Source of the DNA: a virus
UHGV virus genome: UHGV-0210098
Length of the DNA stretch: 64,000 bases
Strand: one strand, 5' to 3'
Shown: piece by piece, positions 10,701 through 22,700 of the stretch
Numbering within the stretch: position 1 is the first letter of the stretch
Layout: the number at the start of each line of letters is the position of its first letter
The notes under the pieces: generated by a model
Seen by the model: the letters and a program-made list of their open reading frames with translations, nothing else
Databases searched by the model: none
Told to the model about the DNA's origin: nothing
Program-made: the position numbers and the translations under genes

Positions 10701-13700
10701 GAGATTGGAGACATTGACCTCGTTTATGGTAAAGAAGGAACAGGACATAGTGACGGATATGGCCTTGCCAAATTAGCCAAATATCACCCCGAAGTCCTTA
10801 ATAATCTGCAAGACATTCTGAATGACATGGTTGTTACCAAGCGTTCGGAAAATCGTGTACAGTTGGAGAGTGAGAAATACCAAGCCGCTGTTCGCCTTAA
10901 ATGGGATAATAAAAAGAAAACATGGCTTTTAACCATGTTTGAAAAGAAAAACAGTGTCCTCGACAATACGACAGACACTGGCAAGACCCTTGTGGGCAAC
11001 GGGAATGACACTGCTACTCCCGAAAACACTGTTATTTCTGATGGCAAAGATAATACTTCTTTGCCAAACGAGCAAATTTCAGAGGAAGAAATTGCAACGC
11101 AACACGCTGATGTAGAGGAAGAGCAGACACTTCAAGCCTCTATTAAGGCCGCTGCGTCAGAAGTAAACACCGAGCCGACACCTGCACAGGCAGAGGCAGG
11201 GAACTACAAGAAAGGCCATATCACCATTGGCGAGTTTGACATCACTATTGAGAACCCGGCAGGAAGCGTCCGCAAAGGTGTGGATGCTGACGGTAAGGAA
11301 TGGCAGACCACAATGGCCAACACCTACGGCTACATCAAAGGTACAGAGGGAGTAGACGGCGACCACATTGATGTGTTCCTGCACTCCGACATGGACCAAT
11401 GGGACGGACGAAAGGCATTTGTCGTAGACCAAACCAACACAGACGGCTCATTTGATGAGCATAAGGTGATGCTTGGCTTCAACGACAAGGACGAGGCCAT
11501 GAGTGCCTACCTTGCCAACTACGATGCAGATTGGGCGCAGACGCACCCCGGGTTGCGTATCTCAGAAACCAACATCGAGGACTTCAACAAGTGGGTAGAG
11601 AGCAGCCACCGAAAGACCAAACCATTTGCGGACTACTCCACCGTCAGCAAAGTTAGTGACGATGCTCCTGCCACAAAATCCGCTCCTGTTGTAGAGGGTA
11701 ATGGTTACAAGGTAGATCCTAAGCCATACACCAACAAGCAGGGAAAGACCCTCGACACCTACCTCGTTACTTTTGACCGCGATTTTTCTAAAGAGGAATT
11801 GTCGGCTATACGTTCAAAGGCAAAGGCATTAAAAGGTTGGTATGACCGTGAAACTCGCGGTTGGATGCTTCGCAGTAGCGATGATGCCAAAGCATTTGCC
11901 GAGGATATTATTGGTAAGAGCGATGACGAGGTGGCAGATGAGGCTCCGCTGTCTATGGCCGACATGGAGCGACCCACCGAAGCACCTGTTAAAAAGGTCG
12001 ATGTCCCCGGTGTGTTTGATGCACTCAAAACAAAAGGAGAAGCCAAACTGAGCGACCATGCGAAGACTGTAGAGCAGCCGAAACCGAAAAAGCGTAAATG
12101 GATTAGCGATGAGGATGCCGCCGAATTTGACAGCCTCCGCGACAATCTGCGAAACCATTTCGGAAAGTCGGGCGACATGGTGCAAGAAGATGCAGTAGGT
12201 TACGGCCAGCCTCAACCCAAGCAGATGGACGCAGAAGTCCTGCGCATGGGTACACGCATGACATATTTAATGATGAAAGGCGGTCTGCGCTCATTCTCAG
12301 ACTACTGCGAGGCAATGAAAGATGAGTTGCCCGACATCTTCGATGATATGCGTCCTCACCTCAAATCACTGTATGCCGCCGCACAGAACATGGAGGAGGT
12401 TATGCAGCTCGGTTGGGACGAGGAAATGGACGACCGCAAAACCGTCAAGGCGTTTGATGTTTACAACTTTGATAAACCAGAAGCAAAAGACATCATCGCC
12501 ACCGCACAGCATACAGTTGATGAACAGGCATCACAACAACAGACCGAACAAATAATCCAAACACTCAAAGACAAACGTAATGAGCAAAGAAAAAAAGAGG
12601 CTGACGACACATCAGCAGATACAGAAATTATTGTCGACAAAGCAGAGACTACTGCAAGTGAAGTCGAAAGTAAACTCGAAGCTGCAACAACTGAGCAAGA
12701 TGCCGAAAGACTCTCTCACAGCATCGACAAAGAACTCGATGAAGTAAACAAACAACTTGCCCTCCTCGGTTATTATGAAGCCGAGGAAGTAGACAAGGAC
12801 TTCAACGAGGCATACGGCTATATGCGTAATGCGGAGCGTAAGGCCACGCAGGATGCTCATAACCTCGCTACTCAGTTGGCTACAGACCTCGGGCTGACCA
12901 TTGACCCGAAAGACAGGGTTCGCAAGTCAAAGTATAACTTTGGCAGCAAGATTGCCCATAGTAATGTTGCTCCTGCAGGTGGTGAGGTCTATATAAAACT
13001 GCCGCTTGCAGAGGGGCGTGAATTGTCAATGACACTTAGCCTTGACAAAAATGAGCCGTGGCTTGAACGTGGCCGTGCAGAAAGACCCGACGACTTGGTG
13101 CTTACTCGTATCATGTTCCGCGTTGAAGATAAGACAGGCAAGAGTACACGCTACGTTACAAGTAACGACTTCATCAGCCCGACATCTACATACGATGAGT
13201 TGCTTGCACATATACGCAGGTCTGTTCGCCACCTATTGCCGGAGGAAACCGTACAACCGGCCACGCCTCTCACGCCTCAACCGGGCGAAGATATGGTACA
13301 GATGGCGGAGCGTGTGTCAAAAGACAGAAAAGCGAAGAAGCCTCAAGTCAAGCCGGAGCAACCTATCGGCGATTTGTTCGGCGGTCTATTCGACAACATA
13401 GATGCCGAAGCAGATAAACCTCAATCAGTAACCACAAAAACAAAAGAAAATGAGAAATCTAACGTACAACCTCGCACCAAAGAAGAAGGGCGAGGGGGAC
13501 AGCAACCGCGACCTAATGAACCGTTGGGAGAGAGCGCAAAACATGAAGATGAGCGAACTGACGGAGGAAGAATGGCTGAACGTGGTGGAGAGCATACTGT
13601 GTCTGACACCGAGCGAAGCGGAAGCGTATCTCAACCACATCAGAGCGAGCGAGGCGTAACAGAACCTAAGAACACTCGCAACAATCATACTGAACGTGGC

Positions 13701-16700
13701 GTTGATTATGCCCCCAAAGGTGAAAAGGCTCGTATTGATGCCAACCTCGCAGCCATAGAACTTGCCAAGAAACTACTCGCATCCGGCGCAACGGCCACAC
13801 CTAAAGAAATGGAGGTGCTTCGCCGTTATAGCGGTTGGGGTGGACTTGGTGCGGCTTTCAATGAGGGACAAGCGTGGGCACCCAATCCTATCAACAAACG
13901 CCTCCGCGAATTGCTGACACCCGAAGAATACGAGGCCGCTGTTATGAGCCGCAATAGTGCCTATTACACTCCTGCACCTGTCATTGATGCCATGTGGGAT
14001 ATTGCAAAGGCTCTCGGCTTCAAGGGGGGAAACATCATGGAGGGTTCAGCCGGTATCGGCAATATCATCGGCCTTATGCCCTCGGACATCAGCAAGCGCA
14101 GCGACATTCACGCAGTGGAGATTGACGACACCACCGGCGGCATACTCTCATTGCTCTACCCGGATGCAAATGTTGAGATACATGGTTTTGAAAAGACACG
14201 CATCGGAAATGGTACGGTAGACCTTGCCATTACCAATGTGCCATTTGTAACCGGCCTCCATGTTATGGACGAGAGTGGCGACAGCGACCTTTCCAAGAAG
14301 TTCCGCGACATACACGACTTTTGCATCGCAAAGAATGTGCGCAAACTCCGTGAGGGAGGCATCGGTATCTTCATCACATCAAGCGGCACCCTTGACAAGT
14401 CGCAGAAACTACGCAACTGGCTCGTGGGCGACAAGGAAGGCTGCGCAGATGTTGTCGGAGCATTCCGCATGAACAATCAGACATTCGGAGGTACGGCCGC
14501 AACATCAGACATTATTGTCATTCGCAAGCGTGTGAACGGACGCAAGAGTCCCAATGCCATAGATGTAAGCACCGTTTCCGTAGCGAGAACTGCATCTTTT
14601 GAAGATGATAAGGGCAAGACCAAAGACCTGCCTATGCTCATCAACCGCTACTTTATTGAGCATCCCGAAAACATGGGAGGTGAAATGTTCTTTGGTTTTG
14701 AGCAGGGCGACACCTATCGTCCTACATCTATTGGACTGTTCCCCACTCGCACGGCTGACCAAGCAGGAAGAATGGCTGCATGGGTTCAGCGTATGGCCGA
14801 TATGGATTGGAAAACGGAGGCCGTCAGCAAGCCTACCGAACAGACCTCACACATCAACGAGACACTCGGTGAGGGTGTCAAAGAGGGAAGCATGGTAACA
14901 GACAGCGATGGAAACCTGTGTGTCGCCCGGATGGGTCGTGCTGTTCCTCTCACTATCAACAAGAACAAAATCAAGGGGCGCACCAAAGAGGAGTGTTTCA
15001 AAGACTATTCAGAAATCAAGGATGCACTCGCAGAAGTTCTGAAATATCAGACCGAGCACGAGGACGATGCAGGATTGCAGCCACTACTTGACCGACTGAA
15101 TAAAGCCTACGACACTTTTGTGGAGCGATATGGCAATCTCAACAAGAACAACAATCTCGCATGGCTGCGCAATGATGTGGATTTCTCAAGCATCGTAGCA
15201 CTTGAAACCTATTCAGAAAAAGGCAGTAAGGACGGCCAAAAGATTAAAACATACGGCAAGACAGACATCTTCAGTCGTCGTGTCGTTGAGAAAGAGAGCG
15301 AGCCCGCTCCGAAGAATGTAAAGGATGGCATCATTGCAAGTATCTACAAGTTTGGACGCATCGACCCGAAATATCTTGCCACTCAGCTGGGAAAGAGTGA
15401 TGCCGAAGTTAAGCAGGAAATCATCGACAGTGGTTTAGGTTTTGAGAACCCGACCACCGGACAGATGGAGGTGTCGTATGAGTACCTTAGTGGTAACGTG
15501 CGTGAGAAATTACGTCAAGCAAGAGAAGCCAATGAAGCCGCAGGAGGTGGATATGAAGCCAACATCAAGGCATTGGAGGCTGTTGTGCCAATGAACATCC
15601 CTGCACACCTTATAGAGTTTACTCTTGGTTCATCATGGGTAGAACCTAAACTCTACGAGCGATATATCAAGGAACGCACAGGACTTGATGTTAAACTTAC
15701 TAATGCCGGTGGTACATGGAATATGAACGAGCCATACTACACCGATGAACCCAAGAACAAAGAAATGGGAGTGCGTAGTGAAAAACTTGACATCTTCATT
15801 CCCGGTCACAAACTCATAGAAGCGGCCATCACCAACAAAACCATTACTGTAAACAGGACAGTGAAGGACACTGACGGCACTCATACCGAAACTGACCCTG
15901 CGGCCACTACTGCGTGCGCAACAAAAGTAGACGAGATACGCCAAGACTTCAAGGATTGGGCGCGTGAGCAGATGCAATCAGACCCGGACCTTTCTATGCG
16001 TATGGAAGAGGTCTACAATGAGCAGTTTAACAACTCCGTTCCAAAGTCTATCCCGGACGAGTTTGTCCCCGAGCATTTCGGAGGCGCGGCCACAATTGTA
16101 GGAGGCAAACCTTTCCAACTGCGGCCTCATCAAGCAAAGGCCGTTATCCGTGCCACTACACAGCCTGTATTATTGGCTCATGAGGTCGGCACCGGCAAGA
16201 CCTACACCCTTATCACCACGGCAATGGAAATGCGCCGCCTCGGTACTGCACGAAAGCCCATGATTGTGGTACAGAATGCTACGGTCGGCCAATTCGTAGC
16301 AAGTGCAAAGGCACTATATCCCAACGCCAAAGTATTGACCCTTGAAGACGCAGACCGTAACGCCGAGGGTCGTAGGGCTTTCTATGCCAAAATCAAGTTC
16401 AATGATTGGGACATGATTGTTGTTCCTCAATCTGTATTTGAGCGCATCCCCGACAGCATCGAGCGTCAGACCCAGTTTATCCAAGATGTCATTGACGAAA
16501 AACTGATGGTGCTTGAACAGATGCAGGAGGCTGACCCGAGTGGAAAGAGCCAGATAGTCAGGGCTGCGAAACAGGAGATTGAGCGCAAGCGTAATGAACT
16601 TTCACAACTTGCCAATGGTGGCACCACCGACAAGAAGAAAGAAAAGGATGCCAAGAAAGCCGCCGTCACCCGACAGAACGCGGAGGTAAAGGCAAGAGAA

Positions 16701-19700
16701 ATGCTTGACCGTGCCACTGACGATGTGGAGGACTTCGACAGCATGGGCATTGATGCCGTCCTTGTCGATGAGGCTCACGAATACAAGCACCTCGGATTTG
16801 CCACTGCCATGCAGCGTGGCGTGAAAGGTGTAGACCCCTCATATAGCAAAAAGTCGCAGGGAGTATTCCTCAAAGTTCAGTCCGTGCTTGAAAAGACAGG
16901 CGGCAAGAATGTAGTATTTGCAACCGGAACACCTATCAGCAATACCGCCGCAGAGATATGGACTTTCATGCGATACCTCATGCCGGCAGATGTGATGAAG
17001 GACTATGGCATCTACTACTTTGATGATTTTGTCCGCAACTTCGGCAATCTGCAACAGATGATGGAGTTCAAGACCAACGGCAAGTTTGGCGAGGTAAACC
17101 GCTTTGCCGGTTATGTGAACTTGCCCGAGCTTGTGCGTATATGGTCTACAGTTGCTGATACCGTTCTTACACGAGAGGCCGGTGGCGTAAGCGACAAGAT
17201 ACCGCAGATGGAGGGTGGCAAGGCAACCGACCTTTTCATGCCACAAACTCGCGCATTACGTTCCGTCATGAAGTATGTAAAGGAGCAACTTGACGAATAC
17301 GAGAAAATGAGCGGCAAGGAGAAGAAAGAGAACAGCCATATTCCCCTTACTATGTATGGTATAGCCAAGGCCGCAGCCGTTGATGCCAGGCTTGTTCAAC
17401 GAGACGCGGAAGACGATGCAAACAGCAAATGCAATGAGGCTGTACGTCAGACACTCCGAACACTTGAAGAAACAAAAGACTACAAGGGAACGGTGGCCAT
17501 ATTTGCCGACAACTATCAGCGGAAGAACCATGAGACCGACAAGGTAGAGTTCAACCTGTTTGAGGACATCAGAAAGAAACTCATAGATGCCGGTGTTCCG
17601 TCTGAACAGATTGTCGTGATGAAATCCGGCATGACCGTAAACAAGAAACTCGACATCTTCAGCCGTGTAAACTCCGGCGAGGTTCGCGTTGTCATGGGCA
17701 GCACGTTTACCCTCGGCACAGGCGTGAACATACAGGAGCGTCTGCACACTCTTATCCACCTCGATGCACCTAATCGCCCAATGGACTATACACAGCGTAA
17801 TGGACGCATCCTGCGACAGGGAAACCTGCACAATGAATGGGGAATGCCTGTGCGTGTACTCCGTTTCGGTGTTGAGGACAGCCTTGATGTTACTGCATAT
17901 CAGCGTCTGAAAACTAAAGGTGCTATTGCATACAGCATCATGAACGGCAAGCAACTCATGGATAATTCTATGGAGAACCGCTCACTTGAGGAGGAGCAAG
18001 ACCTGTTCGGCGACATCACCGCGCAGCTCTCCGGCTCTGAATATGCCCTGTTGAAAAATCAGATTGAGAAAGAGGTTCGCAAACTGACTGCCCAACTGAA
18101 GAATTGGGAGGCAGACCAAACCTATATCCACAACCGTAAGCGCCAGATAGCAGGACAGAACCGGGAAGCGGAACAGCGCATTGCAGCCAACAAAACCTAT
18201 CTTGAAAAAGTTGAGGCCGCTACCATTGGTGACATCACGGTAGGAAAACTCTCGTTCCCGTCAATAGATGCAATGGAGGACTTCTTCACCGAGCAGAACA
18301 AGAAGAAAGCCGAGTTACAGGAGAAAGTGCGTAAAGACGGTTACTCCTCACGTCCTGCTACGAGCGATATATTTATTTCCGTTGGAGGCTTCGACTTCCA
18401 TGTGCATACAGAAATCAGCAGAGAAACTAAGAGCCAACAGGGCAGTTTGTTCTATACAGCACCGGCCAAAATGACATACTCATGTCCCGAACTCGGCATA
18501 GAAGCCATGCCTGTTAAGGAGAACAAGGTGAAGAATGCTGTAACAGAAATCATGAACGATGTTGTCAGCGGTGAAGATTTCCGTGGCCGCATTGAAGCAG
18601 CCGAGCGTTACATAGAGCGCAACAATGCAGAGTTGCAATCCATTTCTGCACGTGACGGTGTTCCTTTCAAGGACGCGGAGGCACTTGCCAAAGCAGAGGA
18701 AAAACTTGCCGAATACGAGGAACTGATGAAGCAGGAAATGGAGGCCAAAGAAGCTAAGTATGCAGAAATGGATAAAGATGTAGAGGCCGCATCCAACATT
18801 GAACTAACAGAGGAAGATAGTGATGATGTTGCAAGCGAGCCTGTTGCTCGATATTCAGCAGAAAACAGTAACTTTGCAAGCAGATATGAAACCAAAGACG
18901 GAAAAACAATCGGCTACACTTCCGAAAACCCCAAAGCCTACGGAGTATCAGAAGCCAAAGACGGAACTGCCAATAGCGGGACCCGAGAAGCAGACATACA
19001 ACGGCAAGGAGATAATCTACTCGCCGGACGCAATAGTAGACTGAACACCGAAGCCGGAGAGTTCAGCCTTGTAGAGCGTGTATTTACAAAAAACGGTTCG
19101 TTCAATTTTACAAGCGGTGAGAAGATTGAAAGCGCGGACGATGTTGCCTTTATCTTCTCTGCCCTTGAAGATGCAGCCAAAGAACACGCATTTGTCGTCT
19201 ATGTAAAGGACGGACGGCCTACGGTCGTAGAACTTGGAATGGGAACATTCACTGCAACAATGGTGGATATTCCTACCGCATCATTGGCCTACAACCGCAT
19301 CCGTCCCGACCAAGTCTATTTCGTACATAACCATCCGAGTGGCAATCTGAAATGTTCCTTGCAGGATGTTCAGATGCTGCAAAAGATAGAGGGAATGTGC
19401 GATGTCCCTGTTTCGGGTGTTATTATCAATCTCAAGACAGGCAAGTACGGAACATTTGACACTTCAAACAATACAGGTGTCGGAAACAAGCGTACTCCCG
19501 AAAACGAAAGCCGTCTGACAGTCCACACTTTGGATAAACAGATATTTGCGCCGGACTACGACCCAATGGCACAGTCTTTGGTACGGATGCCGAGTGATGT
19601 TGCGCAGTTCCTAAACTCCCACCGTATGGGCGACCGTGCAAAGGTTTCATTCCTCATACTCACTCGTGCTGGCCGCATTGTCGGTAACATTCACACTCCT

Positions 19701-22700
19701 TTCACTGAAATTTCCTCCAATCCTAAAGAGGTTGCACGTTATATCAGTGAGCGTGTTATCCAATTTGGTGGTGAGTCAGCAATCCTGTATGGCGACTTCC
19801 CGATGTCAAGTAGCGATGGAAAAGACTACAAGCGGCTGAAAGACTTGTTGGCGCAAGTAGGCGGAAACACTCTGCTCGATGTTATGCGTGTGGAGGGCAA
19901 CCATACGAGAAGTGCCAATGATGAAGGACTACTCTATGAACCAGGCAGCGAATATGGAGCATCACAGAACGGTGATATTCGTTTCCGTGAAGTTGAGGAT
20001 GATGCCATATTGACAGAGTTCGCAGAGGGCAAGACCGTAAAGGCATATCGCACCATGCAGGTGATTGACGGCAAACTCTACTCGCCTATGGCTACAAAGG
20101 TGGGCGGCAAGTCTACGCCGGAAATCAAACTCGGAGTGCCGGAACAGAGCGAGGAACACCCGGAAATCATCAAAGGCACAAAGGTAGGTCGTGACGGTAT
20201 CGAACAAGGTTATGTTGTAATTGACAAAGGACTTGGCAAGGGTACTCTTACTGTGGCCTACAATCCGTATGCCCATACCTCGCGTACTGTGCTCAACGAC
20301 CAATTCTCATCTGCCTATATCCGTCCGAACCTTGTCACCGTAGAGGTGGAGGTGCCGGAGAGCGAACTGACAAGCGGATACCGCGCACCGATGGCCAAAG
20401 ACGCTGTAGGTGAAATCTCATGGCATAGCGGTAGTGTAAGCGGACAGTTGGCCGAACTCGGTCAGCCTCGCCGCGTTATCCTCACCCGGTACGACAGACC
20501 TGTACGCATCGTTCCATTCCGTGAGGTTGCCGAAATGATTGCAGCGCAACTTGACGGAACAGACATTGCCATACCTTACAATGTTGTGCAGCCGCAGTTG
20601 CGCTCCGAATTGGAACGCCTCGGGATTGCCGTCAGTGAAGAAGCCACCGGCACCGTTGCCGATGCTTCCGATTTTGGCAAAGCCGAATATGTTACAGACC
20701 AAGAGATAGAGCGCATCAATGCTCATCAGCAGGAAATGGCTCAGACTTCCAATGATGCCAAGACAGGCCATGCAGAAAGGCTTTCAAAGAAGTTTGGCAC
20801 TCCTGTACGCATTGTTACAGATGCCAATGAACTGACTAACGCAAATGCGGAGCAACAAGCGCGTATGCGTAAGAGCAAGGGCTTCTATGACCCTGCCACA
20901 GGTGAGGTTGTTGTCGTGCTGCCCAACAATGCAAATGTGGAAGATGTGGCAGAGACCGTATTCCATGAAGTCGTAGCCCACAAGGGACTGCGTGAAATGA
21001 TAGGCGATGAAAACTACGATACCTTCTGCGATGAGGTGTACGACCACCTTAAAGACGACTTGAAAAAACAGGTAGACGAAGAAAGTACACGCCGCTTCAT
21101 GGGAGAACCGGGAAAGGACTATCAGCATCACCGCCGTGTGGCTATTGATGAAATGTTCGGTCGCATGTCAGAGAAAGGTTTTGAGGACTTCACCAAGGCA
21201 GAGCGCGGAATTTGGGCGAAACTCAAAGCAAAGGTATTAGAGGCCATCAACAAGTTCCTCGGCTCGCTGAAACTACCGAAATGGGTAAAACTCGGTGATA
21301 ATGAGTTGCGCTATATTCTGTGGCGCAGCCATGAGAAACTGCGCTCAAAAGGCGACTATGTGGACATGGCTCGTGATGCAGCAAAACGCAACGAGTTAGG
21401 CCTGTCAAACGATGTCCGTTTCCGTGATAGTGAGACCGGCGATATTTGGAATGACAGAAGTGTTGGCTTGGAAGAACGTATCACCAACGCAGCCATAAGA
21501 TTGAGCAACAATCAAAGTGGCGACCTCACACTGCGCAATGATGCAATGAAAGCAATTGGTGGAAACCTTACCTCTCTCCGTAGAGCAATGGCCATTCAGA
21601 AGCAGTTCGACCAATCCACCGTTAAACGAGTGGCAGACCTTGCCCGAATACTGATGCAGAATGGCTATCTCTCCGGCATGAGTTCCGGGGAAATGCAGCG
21701 ATTGATTTCTGCTGTAAAAAATTCCGTCGGCCATGCTGCTGTAAAGGAAAGCACTCAGAAGATTATGGACATCATGGTTGATAATCAACTGCGTAATGGT
21801 GAGGCCACACTTCGCAAACTCCTTACTATTCGTGGAAGCAAGGTCGATGCAAGAGGTGTCGAAGTGCAGGGCGCACTCGATGTAGACGGACAGCGCACTA
21901 TGGAGGTTGTCAAGAAAGCCATGTCACTCAAGGAGGACGACATTAACGACCGAATAGCAGATGCACTAAACCGTATGAGCGACCCCGACCAAACTATTGC
22001 AGACAAAGCCGCAATAGAATATACCGGCCTCAACATGGCTCTCGACTATGTTCAAAACATTGCCGACAGTAAGGCCGAGGAGAAAGCATTGCGTGACGGA
22101 CTGAAAACTGTCAAAGAAGATAAGGATGCCGGACGCATGACTGAAGATGCCTACAAACAGTTTGTAGATGCTACGGAGAATGCAATCCGCAAGAATAAGA
22201 TTGAAAGAGCTGAGGCTTACTTCAACCTTGTTGGCCGTCTGTCAGACTCCCTGCGAGGAAGCATTGAGAATGCAAAAGCATTCCGCGAGGCAGAAAAAGC
22301 ACGTATCAACGAGATACACCACAATGCCAACTCCGACATGGAGGGCAGACCGACCAACGAGCACCATAAGGACAATTGGAAAGACAAGTTTGTCAACAAT
22401 GGTTTCATTCAGTCACTGTTCGCTCCTCTCGGCACCTTTGACCAGATACTCCGCGTGTTCGGCAACAAGAGTGCGGGCGGCGAGGGCTACCTGTGGAACC
22501 GCTTCATGCGCGGTTGGGTAGATTGCCGCAACAAGGAGTTACTCGGTGTCAAAGAGAAATTCGCACGTCTGGACGAGAAGGCCGCTGAATTGTTCGGTAA
22601 GGGCAAGATATGGGGCAATCTCATCAGAATGGAAGCGAAGATGCCGAAGGCTACCGTTTCATTCTGGGACGGTGGAGAAATGCGCGACCATGAACTGACA

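Noticed and set aside
11340-11385. VDGD in GVDGDHIDVF as the DxDGD catalytic motif of a virion-packaged two-barrel RNA polymerase (the crAss-like giant proteins)
   Set aside because: The flanking 140 aa align much better with family-I pyrophosphatase (ENPAGS..., NTYGYI..., DGDxIDV). No second barrel or other RNAP-like motifs were seen.
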